DNA of 64,000 nt from Allomuricauda sp. (lineage in GTDB: Bacteria; Bacteroidota; Bacteroidia; Flavobacteriales; Flavobacteriaceae): contig JAWKNC010000001.1 of NCBI GenBank assembly GCA_041391945.1, positions 189,817-253,816 on the forward strand, written 5' to 3'. Below, piece after piece: positions 7,969 to 18,185 of this stretch. Below the pieces are notes generated by a model. It saw only the letters and a program-made list of their open reading frames with translations. It was not told where the DNA came from and searched no databases. Each line of letters opens with the position of its first letter. Within the stretch, counting starts at the first letter, position 1. Made by a program: the position numbers and the translations under genes.

Positions 7969-10374
7969 ATGAGAAGGCATATCAACAAAGTTGCCGTTAT
8001 CGGTTCCGGTATCATGGGAAGTGGCATTGCCTGTCACTTCGCCAATATTGGTGTCGAGGTTTTATTGCTGGACATTGTTCCCAGGGAACCCAATGAAAAT
8101 GAAAAGGCCAAAGGACTCACCTTGCAGGATAAGTTGGTCAGAAACCGCTTGGTAAACGATTCCCTGGCCGGGGCCCTGAAATCCAAACCCTCCCCTATCT
8201 ACCATCAAAAATTTGCCGATCGCATCTCAACGGGAAACTTGGAAGACGACATTTCCAAAGTAGCCGGGGCAGATTGGATCATTGAGGTTGTGGTGGAACG
8301 GTTGGACATCAAAAAACAAGTGTTTGAAAATTTGGACAAGTACCGGACTCCCGGAACCTTGATCACTTCCAACACCTCTGGTATCCCCATCAAGTTTATG
8401 AGTGAAGGAAGAAGTGAGGATTTCCAAAAACACTTTTGTGGCACACATTTTTTCAACCCGGCACGTTATCTAAAACTTTTCGAGATCATTCCAGGGCCCA
8501 AAACTTCACAGGAAGTCTTGGACTTTTTGAACGGATATGGTGAACAATTCTTGGGCAAGACCTCCGTAGTGGCCAAAGACACTCCAGCCTTTATCGGTAA
8601 CCGTATCGGCATTTTCAGCATTCAGAGCCTTTTTCATGCGGTAAAGGATTTGGGGATGACCGTTGAAGAAGTGGATAAACTTACAGGACCGGTCATCGGC
8701 AGGCCTAAATCGGCTACTTTCCGCACTGTGGATGTGGTCGGTTTGGACACCTTGGTCCATGTAGCCAATGGAATTTATGAAAACTGTAAGGACGATGAGC
8801 AACACGACCTATTCCAACTTCCCGGTTTCATCAAGACCATGGTGGAAAATAAATGGCTCGGCAGCAAATCGGGACAAGGTTTCTACAAAAAGATCACCGG
8901 TGATGATGGAAAAAGCGAAATCCTTACGCTAGATCTGGATACGATGGACTATCGCTCCAAAAAAAGTGCGAAATTTGCCACTTTGGAGCTTACCAAGACC
9001 ATTGACAAGGTCATTGACCGTTTCCCTGTGCTGACTTCCGGTAAGGATAAGGCAGGGGAATTCTACCGGAAAAGTTTTGGGGCTTTATTTGCGTACGTTA
9101 CCCATCGCATTCCCGAGATTACGGACGAGCTCTATAAAATAGATGATGCCATGAAGGCAGGGTTTGGCTGGGAACATGGCCCTTTCCAAATTTGGGATGC
9201 CATAGGGCTGGACAAAGGTCTGGAATTTATCAAGGCCGAAGGTTTGGAAGCCGCATCTTGGGTATCCGAAATGAAAGAAGCCGGCATTGGTTCTTTCTAC
9301 ACGGTGAAAGATGGGGCCACCTATTTCTATGACATCCCCAAAAAGGCCATGGAAAAAGTTCCGGGCCAAGATGCCTTTATCATTTTGGACAACATCAGAA
9401 AATCCAATGAGGTTTTCAAAAACAGCGGTGTGGTCGTAGAGGATTTGGGCGATGGTATCTTGAACTGCGAATTCCAATCCAAAATGAACACCATTGGGGG
9501 CGATGTATTGGCAGGGCTCAACAAGGCCATTGATCTGGCAGAGAAGGATTTTCAGGGATTGGTGGTAGGGAACCAGAGCGCAAACTTCTCCGTGGGTGCC
9601 AACATTGGAATGATTTTTATGATGGCGGTGGAGCAGGAATATGATGAACTCAACATGGCCGTAAAGTATTTTCAGGACACCATGATGCGGATGCGCTACT
9701 CATCCATCCCCACTATTTCCGCACCGCATGGTATGTGTTTGGGTGGGGGATGTGAGCTTTCCATGCATGCCGATAAAGTAGTGGCCGCTGCCGAAACCTA
9801 TATCGGATTGGTGGAATTTGGCGTCGGGGTTATTCCCGGCGGAGGTGGTTCCAAGGAAATGGCACTGAGGGCATCGGACACTTTCAGAAAGAACGATGTG
9901 GAACTGAATGTGCTCCAGGAATACTTCCTTACCATTGGTATGGCCAAGGTATCCACATCGGCCTATGAAGCCTTCGATTTGGGCATCCTTCAAAAAGGAA
10001 AGGATGTAGTAGTGGTGAACAAAGACCGGCAAATAGCAACGGCCAAGGCTTACGCCAAATTAATGGCCGAAGCAGGATACACAAAGCCTCCCAAACGAAA
10101 GGACGTAAAAGTATTGGGAAAACAGGCCTTGGGCATGTTCTTGGTGGGAACTGATTCCATGGAGGCCGGGCACTATATTTCAGAACATGATAAAAAGATG
10201 GCGGACAAACTGGCCTATGTCATGGCAGGTGGTGATCTCTCGGAAGCCAGTTATGTGACCGAACAATACCTATTGGATTTGGAACGAGAAGCTTTTCTTT
10301 CGCTGTGTACTGAAAGAAAGACCTTGGAACGTATCCAACATATGTTGAAAACGGGAAAACCACTTCGTAATTAG
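7969..10374 (+). CDS. 3-hydroxyacyl-CoA dehydrogenase / enoyl-CoA hydratase (FadN-type)
   Basis: Rossmann GSGIMGSG, EVVVERLDIK, TSNTSG, HFFNP; C-terminal crotonase LGGGCE and EFGVGVIPGGGG. Confidence 0.95.
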   Translation: MRRHINKVAVIGSGIMGSGIACHFANIGVEVLLLDIVPREPNENEKAKGLTLQDKLVRNRLVNDSLAGALKSKPSPIYHQKFADRISTGNLEDDISKVAGADWIIEVVVERLDIKKQVFENLDKYRTPGTLITSNTSGIPIKFMSEGRSEDFQKHFCGTHFFNPARYLKLFEIIPGPKTSQEVLDFLNGYGEQFLGKTSVVAKDTPAFIGNRIGIFSIQSLFHAVKDLGMTVEEVDKLTGPVIGRPKSATFRTVDVVGLDTLVHVANGIYENCKDDEQHDLFQLPGFIKTMVENKWLGSKSGQGFYKKITGDDGKSEILTLDLDTMDYRSKKSAKFATLELTKTIDKVIDRFPVLTSGKDKAGEFYRKSFGALFAYVTHRIPEITDELYKIDDAMKAGFGWEHGPFQIWDAIGLDKGLEFIKAEGLEAASWVSEMKEAGIGSFYTVKDGATYFYDIPKKAMEKVPGQDAFIILDNIRKSNEVFKNSGVVVEDLGDGILNCEFQSKMNTIGGDVLAGLNKAIDLAEKDFQGLVVGNQSANFSVGANIGMIFMMAVEQEYDELNMAVKYFQDTMMRMRYSSIPTISAPHGMCLGGGCELSMHADKVVAAAETYIGLVEFGVGVIPGGGGSKEMALRASDTFRKNDVELNVLQEYFLTIGMAKVSTSAYEAFDLGILQKGKDVVVVNKDRQIATAKAYAKLMAEAGYTKPPKRKDVKVLGKQALGMFLVGTDSMEAGHYISEHDKKMADKLAYVMAGGDLSEASYVTEQYLLDLEREAFLSLCTERKTLERIQHMLKTGKPLRN

Positions 10375-10380
10375 AAAAAA

Positions 10381-10434
10381 AGAATCAAGAAAATAGAGTC
10401 AAGACCAAAGTCTTTTCTCTTAGTTCTTGAATCT
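10381..10434. repeat. Intergenic imperfect hairpin of AAGA-type heptamers (same family as the four-helix-bundle flanks)
   Basis: Arms 10381-10405 and 10410-10434 pair at 19/25 positions around a CAAA loop. Confidence 0.7.
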
Positions 10435-10452
10435 AAAAATCATAAAGAAAAA

Positions 10453-11643
10453 ATGAAAACAGCATATATCGTAAAAGCATACAGAACCGCAGTGGGCAAG
10501 GCACCCAGAGGTTTGTTCCGGTTTAAAAGACCCGACGAACTGGCAGCGGAGACCATTGAATACATGATGAAAGAACTGCCCCAATTGGACAAAAAGCGTA
10601 TTGATGACGTAGTTGTGGGCAATGCCATGCCAGAAGCCGAACAGGGATTGAACATGGCCCGGCTCATTTCCCTAATGGGGTTGAACATTGAGGATGTTCC
10701 AGGAGTGACCATCAACAGATACTGCGCCTCTGGGTTGGAGACCGTTGCCATAGCCACGGCCAAGATCCAATCAGGCATGGCAGATTGTATCATTGCGGGA
10801 GGGGCAGAGAGTATGAGCTATATCCCTATGGGAGGATACAAGCCCACACCGGATTATGCCACGGCAAAAGAAGGGCATGAAGATTATTATTGGGGAATGG
10901 GTTTGACGGCCGAAGCAGTGGCCAAACAGTTCAAGGTTTCCAGGGAAGATCAGGATGTATTTGCCTATAACTCCCACATGAAAGCCTTGAAGGCCCAGGA
11001 AGAAAACCGGTTCCAAGATCAAATTGTCCCAATAACAGTAGAACACACCTTTGTGAACGAAGCGGGAAAAAAAGAGACCACTTCCTATACCGTCAATAAG
11101 GATGAAGGGCCACGAAAGGATACCAATATTCCAGCCTTGAACAAGTTGAGACCTGTGTTTGCCGCTGATGGAAGCGTAACCGCAGGGAATTCTTCCCAAA
11201 TGAGCGACGGTGCCGCCTTTGTGATGGTCATGAGCGAGGAAATGGTGAAGGAACTAAATCTGGAACCCATTGCCCGCCTAGTGAACTATGCTGCGGCTGG
11301 GGTTGAACCAAGAATCATGGGGATTGGCCCGGTAAAAGCCATTCCAAAGGCATTGAAACAGGCCGGTGTGCAACAAAATGACATCGAATTGATCGAATTG
11401 AATGAAGCCTTCGCCTCACAATCGCTGGCCGTTATCCGCGAATTGGGTTTGAACCCAGAAATAGTCAATGTAAATGGTGGAGCCATTGCGCTAGGGCATC
11501 CTCTGGGCTGTACCGGTGCTAAATTGTCCGTGCAACTCTTTGATGAAATGCGAAAACGCAACATGAAAGGAAAATACGGAATGGTGACCATGTGCGTGGG
11601 CACAGGACAAGGAGCGGCTGGTATTTACGAATTTTTAAATTGA
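10453..11643 (+). CDS. fadA: Acetyl-CoA C-acyltransferase (thiolase)
   Basis: NRYCASG, TAGNSSQMSDGAA, NEAFA, GGAIALGHPLG, MCVGTGQG. Confidence 0.95.
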   Translation: MKTAYIVKAYRTAVGKAPRGLFRFKRPDELAAETIEYMMKELPQLDKKRIDDVVVGNAMPEAEQGLNMARLISLMGLNIEDVPGVTINRYCASGLETVAIATAKIQSGMADCIIAGGAESMSYIPMGGYKPTPDYATAKEGHEDYYWGMGLTAEAVAKQFKVSREDQDVFAYNSHMKALKAQEENRFQDQIVPITVEHTFVNEAGKKETTSYTVNKDEGPRKDTNIPALNKLRPVFAADGSVTAGNSSQMSDGAAFVMVMSEEMVKELNLEPIARLVNYAAAGVEPRIMGIGPVKAIPKALKQAGVQQNDIELIELNEAFASQSLAVIRELGLNPEIVNVNGGAIALGHPLGCTGAKLSVQLFDEMRKRNMKGKYGMVTMCVGTGQGAAGIYEFLN

Positions 11644-12076
11644 TTAAAAGAACCAAGCGCCAGGATAAAAAGAGAAAAGACTGTGAAAAGACACAATTTC
11701 AAAAAGTTAAAAATCTGGCAAGAAGGCATGAATTTGGTAGATGAAACATACAGAATAGTCAAGGGATTTCCACGTTTGGAAAAATTCAACCTTAGCTCCC
11801 AACTGATACGATGTGCCGTTTCCATTCCTTCAAATATTGCTGAAGGAACGAGCAAATCAACGGACAAACACCTCAATAGATATATTGAAACCAGCTTGGG
11901 TTCTTCTTTTGAGTGGGAAACACAACTTATTGTTGCACTGAACCAAAAATATATTTCAATAGAGCAATTTGAACTTTTAGAACATAAAATACAGCAATTA
12001 CAAAAAATGATTTCAGGATTTCAAGGTGGGCTTAGTTTCGAGTCCTGATTCTTGCTTCCTGGTTCTTAAATCTTAA
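11644..12076. mobile_element. Putative intervening element: four-helix-bundle gene bracketed by imperfect inverted heptamer repeats
   Basis: AAGAACCA (11648-11655) / TGGTTCTT (12060-12067) plus AAGACT/AGTCCT inner ends; inserted between fadA and the acyl-CoA dehydrogenase. Confidence 0.5.
11683..12048 (+). CDS. Four helix bundle protein (23S rRNA IVP / bAvd-like family)
   Basis: LKIWQEGM, EKFNLSSQLIRCAVSIPSNIAEG, SLGSSFEWETQL; GTG start; AT-rich. Confidence 0.9.
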   Translation: MKRHNFKKLKIWQEGMNLVDETYRIVKGFPRLEKFNLSSQLIRCAVSIPSNIAEGTSKSTDKHLNRYIETSLGSSFEWETQLIVALNQKYISIEQFELLEHKIQQLQKMISGFQGGLSFES

Positions 12077-12080
12077 AAAC

Positions 12081-13892
12081 ATGAATGCAGAAACCCTAAA
12101 CAAAGACATTCTAAGAGGCGGCCAGTTTTTGGTGAAAGAGACCAAATGTGAGGACGTATTTACTCTGGAAGACCTGAACGAAGAGCAAAAAATGATGCGC
12201 GAAAGCACCAAGGAATTTGTAGACCGAGAGCTTTGGGCGCACTGGGAGCGTTTTGAGAAAAAAGACTATGCCTATACCCAGGAATGTATGCGCAAGGCCG
12301 GTGAACTGGGATTGTTGAGTGTTGCCGTACCTGAAGCTTACGGTGGCATGGGTATGGGATTTGTGTCCACCATGTTGGTATGCGACTATATTTCTGGCGC
12401 AACAGGTTCCTTTAGCACCGCCTTTGGTGCCCACACAGGAATTGGCACCATGCCCATCACCTTATATGGAACTGAGGAGCAAAAACAAAAATATGTGCCC
12501 AAACTGGCTTCAGGGGAATGGTTTGGGGCGTATTGCCTTACCGAACCCGGTGCCGGTTCCGATGCCAATTCTGGAAAGACCAAAGCCGTTCTGTCCAAGG
12601 ATGGTAAATACTACAGCATCACCGGACAAAAAATGTGGATTTCCAACGCTGGATTCTGCAATATGTTCATAGTTTTTGCACGCATCGAGGATGATAAATA
12701 CATCACTGGGTTCATTGTTGAGAATGATCCCAACAATGGCATCACCTTAGGTGATGAAGAGAAAAAACTGGGTATCCATTCCTCCTCTACCCGCCAAGTG
12801 TTCTTCAATGAGACCAAAGTGCCCGTTGAGAACATGCTATCCGAAAGGGGAAATGGATTTAAAATAGCCATGAATGCCCTTAACATTGGTAGAATCAAAT
12901 TGGCTGGAGCTTGTTTGGAAGCGCAACGAAGAATCATCAACGAAGCCACAAAATATGCCAACGAGCGCATTCAATTCAAAACACCCATCATAAACTTTGG
13001 GGCCATCAAAGCAAAGATTGCCGATATGGCCACCAATGCCTATGTGGATGAGTCTGCCTGCTACCGCGCCTCCAAGAACATTGAAGATAGGATTGCCATC
13101 CGGGAAGCTGAAGGTAATTCCCACCAAGAGGCTGAACTCAAGGGGGTTGAGGAATATGCCATTGAATGTTCCATTCTAAAGGTTGCTGTTTCGGAACATG
13201 TGCAGCACACAACCGATGAGGGCATCCAAGTTTTCGGGGGGATGGGCTTTAGTGCAGATACCCCCATGGAATCGGCCTGGAGGGACGCCCGTATTTCCAG
13301 AATCTATGAGGGAACCAATGAAATCAATAGAATGCTGGCCGTGGGCATGTTGGTGAAAAAAGCCATGAAGGGCCATGTGGATCTTCTGGGCCCAGCTATG
13401 GCCGTGGGTGAGGAATTGATGGGAATTCCCTCCTTTGACACTCCCGATTTCTCCCAACTATTTTCAGAAGAAAAGGATATGATCGCCCGTTTGAAAAAAG
13501 TGTTCCTGATGGTTGCCGGAAGTGCCGTCCAAAAATTTGGACCGGATCTGGAAGAACATCAAATGTTGCTGATGTCCGCAGCAGACATCCTTATCCAGAT
13601 TTATTTGGCCGAATCTGCGATTCTTCGCACCGAGAAAAATGCAAAACGGTTTGGTGAAGAGGCCCAGGCGGCCCAAATTGCCATGTCCAAATTGTATCTG
13701 TACAGGGCCGTTGACATCATTGCCCAAAAAGGAAAGGAAGCCATTGTTTCCTTTGCCGAAGGTGATGAACAACGCATGATGCTCATGGGGCTCAAACGTT
13801 TTACGAAATATACAAATCAACCCAACGTCGTAGCCCTCCGTACCCAAATTGCGGATAAAGTGGCTGCGGATAACGGGTATACCTTTGACTAA
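12081..13892 (+). CDS. Acyl-CoA dehydrogenase
   Basis: [59 protein letters not shown]. Confidence 0.95.
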   Translation: MNAETLNKDILRGGQFLVKETKCEDVFTLEDLNEEQKMMRESTKEFVDRELWAHWERFEKKDYAYTQECMRKAGELGLLSVAVPEAYGGMGMGFVSTMLVCDYISGATGSFSTAFGAHTGIGTMPITLYGTEEQKQKYVPKLASGEWFGAYCLTEPGAGSDANSGKTKAVLSKDGKYYSITGQKMWISNAGFCNMFIVFARIEDDKYITGFIVENDPNNGITLGDEEKKLGIHSSSTRQVFFNETKVPVENMLSERGNGFKIAMNALNIGRIKLAGACLEAQRRIINEATKYANERIQFKTPIINFGAIKAKIADMATNAYVDESACYRASKNIEDRIAIREAEGNSHQEAELKGVEEYAIECSILKVAVSEHVQHTTDEGIQVFGGMGFSADTPMESAWRDARISRIYEGTNEINRMLAVGMLVKKAMKGHVDLLGPAMAVGEELMGIPSFDTPDFSQLFSEEKDMIARLKKVFLMVAGSAVQKFGPDLEEHQMLLMSAADILIQIYLAESAILRTEKNAKRFGEEAQAAQIAMSKLYLYRAVDIIAQKGKEAIVSFAEGDEQRMMLMGLKRFTKYTNQPNVVALRTQIADKVAADNGYTFD

Positions 13893-13923
13893 TTCAAATG
13901 ATGCTGAGACAAAGCTGATTTGG

Positions 13924-13952
13924 AAACCGCCCCAGTTGGGGCGGTTTTTTTT
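13924..13952 (+). terminator. Rho-independent terminator of the fad operon
   Basis: aaaccgcccc-agtt-ggggcggttt followed by a T run. Confidence 0.9.
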
Positions 13953-13976
13953 CTGGCCTAATTTACAATACGACCA

Positions 13977-14051
13977 TGTCTGGTCGAGCGCAGTCGAGAC
14001 CCTATTGAATTGTCACATTTTTAAGACCTCTCGACTATGCTCGAGGTGACA
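13977..14051. repeat. Intergenic inverted doublet (REPIN-like) of the REP-like element
   Basis: tgtctggtcgagcgcagtcgagacc (13977-14001) and inverted cctctcgactatgctcgaggtgaca (14027-14051), between convergent genes. Confidence 0.9.
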
Positions 14052-14072
14052 TATACTTTTTTAAAACTTAAG

Positions 14073-15872
14073 CTAGCCTATAGATTCCAAAATCCTTTCC
14101 TCGCTTTTCTTTCTGGAAAAATTGATGGCGCATTCAATCAGTGCCAAATGGGAATAGGCCTGTGGAAAATTGCCCAAAAGTCGTTTGGTCTTAAAATCAA
14201 TGTCCTCGCTGAACAATCCCAAGTGGTTGCTGTAGCCCAACAGTTGTTCAAAATGGGCCAATGCTTTTTCTTCCTCCCCAATCTTAAAAAGACTGTTGAT
14301 GAACCAAAACGTACAAATGGTAAAAGAAGACGAGGGTAGACCAAAGTCATCCTCGTTTTTGTATCGGTACAGTAGTCCGTCGTTGCTCAGATTTTCTTCA
14401 ATTGCCTTTACGGTACTTACATATTTTGGGTCCCTGGCATGGATAAATCCGTAGGATTCCATCAAGAGCACGGAAGCATCGAGATGGCTCGACCCATAGG
14501 ACTGGACAAACGCATTGATATCCCTGTTCCATGCATTTTGGTGAATATCCTTCTTTATCTCCTGCTCCAAGGATGTCCACTTTTCAATTTTTCTATGCTT
14601 GCCGAACATGTTGGCCACCTTTATGGCCCGGTCCAAAGCCACCCAGCACAGCACCTTGGAAAAGGTAAAATGCCTATCCTCTCCCCGAAACTCCCAAATA
14701 CCTTTGTCCGGCTCCTTCCAATGCTTGGCCACGATCCACACAATACCTTTGGTAATGCTCCACAACTCTTCCCCGTTCTCAATATCGTTGCTGAACTTGT
14801 TCAATTGCTCATAGATCACATCCATTAAAATCCCGTAGATGTCATTTTGTCTCTGCATATAGGCTGCGTTGCCCACCCTAACAGGTTTGGATCCCTTATA
14901 CCCTTCCAAATGGTCCAAAGTCCGTTCGGTCAAGGTCTTCTCTTTATTGATGCCGTACATGATCTGTAGTTTTTCGTCCTTGTCGGGCATCAGGTCAATG
15001 ATAAACTGCAGGTATCTTTTTGCTGAATTTTTGTGCCCAAGTTCGGAAACCACTTTGATCACCATGGATGCATCCCGTATCCAACAAAAACGATAATCCC
15101 AGTTGCGTACCTCTCCGATGGTCTCTGGCAACGATGTGGTGGCAGCGGCCAGTACGGCCCCCGTTTTATCGTAGGTGAGCATTTTGAGGGTAATCCCGCT
15201 TCTGATGATTTCATCATTGAACTGGTCATAGGTAGGCGTCTTGTCAACCCAATCCAACCAATATACCTTTGTCCTTTCAAGCTCCAAGGCCATTTTGTCG
15301 GTGGTGGGCCTTAATATTTTTTCATTGTAGCAAATGGAAAAGAAACCATCCTCCTTCAATACGATTTCATCGCCATCCAGCACCCTATCTTTATCGAAAG
15401 AGGTATAGAGGAACAGCGTATCGAATTTTTGTTTGTGGGTAAGACTCACAATAAAATCGTCCTTGACATAATGGGTGGTCAATCCCAACCCATACTCCAA
15501 ACGGGGATCATAGTACACCGAAAACCTTGGTGCTCCAGATATGAGCCTCACAAAACGGATTATCTCGGGAGGGGCATTGTACTTTCCATTGGATTTATGG
15601 TGCCTTGGCATAAAATCGTGGACCTCGAAGATATCCTTTCCATCAGTGTATCGGGTGACCAGAATGGCCGTGTTTCTGTAATATTCCTGATGGATGGTAT
15701 AGCTGGGGGCCGTCCTTATCCCAAAGCTTCCCCCGTTCCCTTCATCCAACAATTTGGCAAATACAGAAGGGGAATCAAATTGAGGGAGACAGCACCAATC
15801 CAAGGAACCGGTTTTTGAAATCAAGGCCGCACTTCTGCAATTACCAATAATTCCATAATCTAAGTTCTCCAT
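14073..15872 (-). CDS. Glycoside hydrolase family 15 (trehalase/glucoamylase-like)
   Basis: YGIIGNCRSAALIS, AAATTSLPE, WDYRFCWIRDAS, GIWEFRG, GLFSEDID, GNFPQAYSH. Confidence 0.9.
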   Translation of the reverse strand: MENLDYGIIGNCRSAALISKTGSLDWCCLPQFDSPSVFAKLLDEGNGGSFGIRTAPSYTIHQEYYRNTAILVTRYTDGKDIFEVHDFMPRHHKSNGKYNAPPEIIRFVRLISGAPRFSVYYDPRLEYGLGLTTHYVKDDFIVSLTHKQKFDTLFLYTSFDKDRVLDGDEIVLKEDGFFSICYNEKILRPTTDKMALELERTKVYWLDWVDKTPTYDQFNDEIIRSGITLKMLTYDKTGAVLAAATTSLPETIGEVRNWDYRFCWIRDASMVIKVVSELGHKNSAKRYLQFIIDLMPDKDEKLQIMYGINKEKTLTERTLDHLEGYKGSKPVRVGNAAYMQRQNDIYGILMDVIYEQLNKFSNDIENGEELWSITKGIVWIVAKHWKEPDKGIWEFRGEDRHFTFSKVLCWVALDRAIKVANMFGKHRKIEKWTSLEQEIKKDIHQNAWNRDINAFVQSYGSSHLDASVLLMESYGFIHARDPKYVSTVKAIEENLSNDGLLYRYKNEDDFGLPSSSFTICTFWFINSLFKIGEEEKALAHFEQLLGYSNHLGLFSEDIDFKTKRLLGNFPQAYSHLALIECAINFSRKKSEERILESIG

Positions 15873-15974
15873 GGATTAAATATCCGTAAAAGGTTTTGAA
15901 TGAATTGCTTTTGCATCCGAATTTCACGAATTTTAAAAAAAATAAAAAACAAAACCCACCAAAAGCACTCTTTT

Positions 15975-18185
15975 ATGGGAAAAACTATCATAATCTCAAA
16001 TCGACTACCGGTTCAACTACAAATTAGCGATGGAAAGATCAATGCAGTACCCAGTGTTGGTGGTTTGGCCACAGGGATGAAGTCTGTGCACAGTGGAGGT
16101 GAAAGCCTTTGGATCGGTTGGTCCGGACTAACGGATGAAGATACGCCGCCAGAACTGGAAAATGACATTGACAAGGCCTTGAAAAAGCATGGATGTGCCA
16201 AGGTAAATCTCACCGCAGCCGAGGTTGAAGGGTTTTATTTTGGTTTTAGCAACCGTACCATATGGCCCCTGTTCCATTATTTTTTGGAATACTCCGAGTT
16301 TGAACTTGATTTTTGGAACACCTACAAGGCCGTAAACCAGAAGTTCGCCGATGCCATCATAGAAAAATCGGATGCGGAAGATACCATTTGGGTGCACGAC
16401 TACCAATTGATGTTGGTACCACAAATGGTCAGAGAAAAGCGCCCCAAAACTTCCATCGGTTTCTTTTTGCACATTCCATTTCCCTCCTATGAAATCTTCA
16501 GGACCCTTCCTTGGCGCGAACAGGTTTTGGAAGGATTGTTGGGGTCTGACCTCATTGGTTTCCACACTTACGATTATGAGCGGCATTTCTTAAGTTCCGC
16601 AAGAAGGCTTTTGGGGCTGGAAGTAAGCTTCAACGATGTTTATTTGGACAACCGGGTGATCAAAGTGGATTCGTTTCCCATGGGAATCGACTTTAAAAAG
16701 TTCAAAAATGCGGCGGTGGAACATGGAAAAAAAGGAATCGCCAACCGCAGCGATTTCCAAAAAAGGCTTGACGACCATAAAGCCTCCGCTCCGGATACCA
16801 AACTGATCCTTTCCATTGATCGGTTGGACTATAGCAAAGGCATCGCCAAGCGCATCAACGCCTTTGAATATTTCTTGAACAAATATCCCGAATACAAGGA
16901 AAAGGTGCGGTTAATCATCTTGGCGGTCCCTTCCCGTTCCAACGTGCCACAATACCAATTGCTCAAAAGGGAGATCGATGAGTTGGTAGGACGAATAAAT
17001 GGGGAGCTTTCCACGGTGAACTGGACCCCAATCTGGTATTTCTACCGTTCGTTGCCCTTTGAGAACCTTATCGACCTCTATACTTCCAGTGATATTGCCT
17101 GGCTTACGCCCCTTCGGGATGGGATGAACCTCGTGGCCAAAGAGTACGTGGCCACCCGAACGGACAAGACCGGAGTGTTGATATTAAGCGAAATGGCCGG
17201 TTCTGCCTATGAGATGAACGAAGCCCTCTTGATCAACCCCAACAATTTTGAAGAACAGGCTGATACCCTGAAACAGGCCATAAACATGCCTTTGGAAGAA
17301 CAGAAGGGGCGCAATACCTTTCTGCAAAATAGGCTGGAACGGTACAATGTGGAGGTCTGGGCCAATGAATTCATGGGCTCCCTTCGACAAAAGAGGGAAG
17401 TGTTCCATGATTTTGTTTCTCAAAAAATATCAAACGATGTCCTTAAAAAAGTGGATGCGAAATATACCAAGGCCAAAAAAAGGCTTTTGTTCCTGGACTA
17501 TGATGGTACATTGACCGGCTTCCACAAAGATCCGCAAAAAGCATCACCGGATGGTGAGCTATACGAACTGTTGGATAAATTACAGCAACAGGAGAATACA
17601 ACCCTCTTTTTGATCAGTGGTAGGGACAAACAGACCTTTGGGAGATGGTTTCTTCCCAAAAAATACAATATGATCGTGGAACATGGGGTTTGGATCTCAA
17701 AAAATGGGGGCAACTTTAAAATGCTGGAAAAAGTAAAGGGAGAATGGATGGAAAAGATCAAGCCAGTTCTGGAATCCTTTGTGGACAGGACCCCGGGGTC
17801 TTTTATTGAGGAAAAAAATTACTCGTTGGCCTGGCATTACCGCAATACCGATCCAGACTTTGGGGAAAAAAGGGCAACGGAACTCAACACGGTATTGACC
17901 AGCCTCATCGGAAACGACGATATCAGTGTGCTCAACGGGAACAAGGTCATAGAGGTGAAGAACAGCAATGTCAACAAGGGAAGGGCGGCCGTCAGGATAT
18001 TGGGCGAAGACGACTATGACTTTGTGTTTGCCATTGGCGATGACTGGACCGATGAATTTATGTTCCAAGAACTTCCTGATTCTGCCATTACCGTTAAGGT
18101 TGGGCTCAAAAAGACCCACGCCAAATACCATGTGGAAAACACAAAGCGGGTACGGGAACTTTTAAAACAGTTTGCGCGATCATGA
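15975..18185 (+). CDS. otsAB: Fused trehalose-6-phosphate synthase/phosphatase (OtsA-OtsB)
   Basis: SNRLP, GGLATG, WVHDYQL, FFLHIPFP, DRLDYSKG, DGMNLVAKEY; HAD domain FLDYDGTL, NKG, AIGDDWTDEFMF. Start set to ATG 15975. Confidence 0.93.
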   Translation: MGKTIIISNRLPVQLQISDGKINAVPSVGGLATGMKSVHSGGESLWIGWSGLTDEDTPPELENDIDKALKKHGCAKVNLTAAEVEGFYFGFSNRTIWPLFHYFLEYSEFELDFWNTYKAVNQKFADAIIEKSDAEDTIWVHDYQLMLVPQMVREKRPKTSIGFFLHIPFPSYEIFRTLPWREQVLEGLLGSDLIGFHTYDYERHFLSSARRLLGLEVSFNDVYLDNRVIKVDSFPMGIDFKKFKNAAVEHGKKGIANRSDFQKRLDDHKASAPDTKLILSIDRLDYSKGIAKRINAFEYFLNKYPEYKEKVRLIILAVPSRSNVPQYQLLKREIDELVGRINGELSTVNWTPIWYFYRSLPFENLIDLYTSSDIAWLTPLRDGMNLVAKEYVATRTDKTGVLILSEMAGSAYEMNEALLINPNNFEEQADTLKQAINMPLEEQKGRNTFLQNRLERYNVEVWANEFMGSLRQKREVFHDFVSQKISNDVLKKVDAKYTKAKKRLLFLDYDGTLTGFHKDPQKASPDGELYELLDKLQQQENTTLFLISGRDKQTFGRWFLPKKYNMIVEHGVWISKNGGNFKMLEKVKGEWMEKIKPVLESFVDRTPGSFIEEKNYSLAWHYRNTDPDFGEKRATELNTVLTSLIGNDDISVLNGNKVIEVKNSNVNKGRAAVRILGEDDYDFVFAIGDDWTDEFMFQELPDSAITVKVGLKKTHAKYHVENTKRVRELLKQFARS

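Noticed and set aside
15923-15930. TTCACGAA in the GH15/otsAB promoter, matching the core of the sigma54 enhancer repeat
   Set aside because: A single 8-mer in AT-rich DNA with no GG-N10-GC promoter on either strand nearby.
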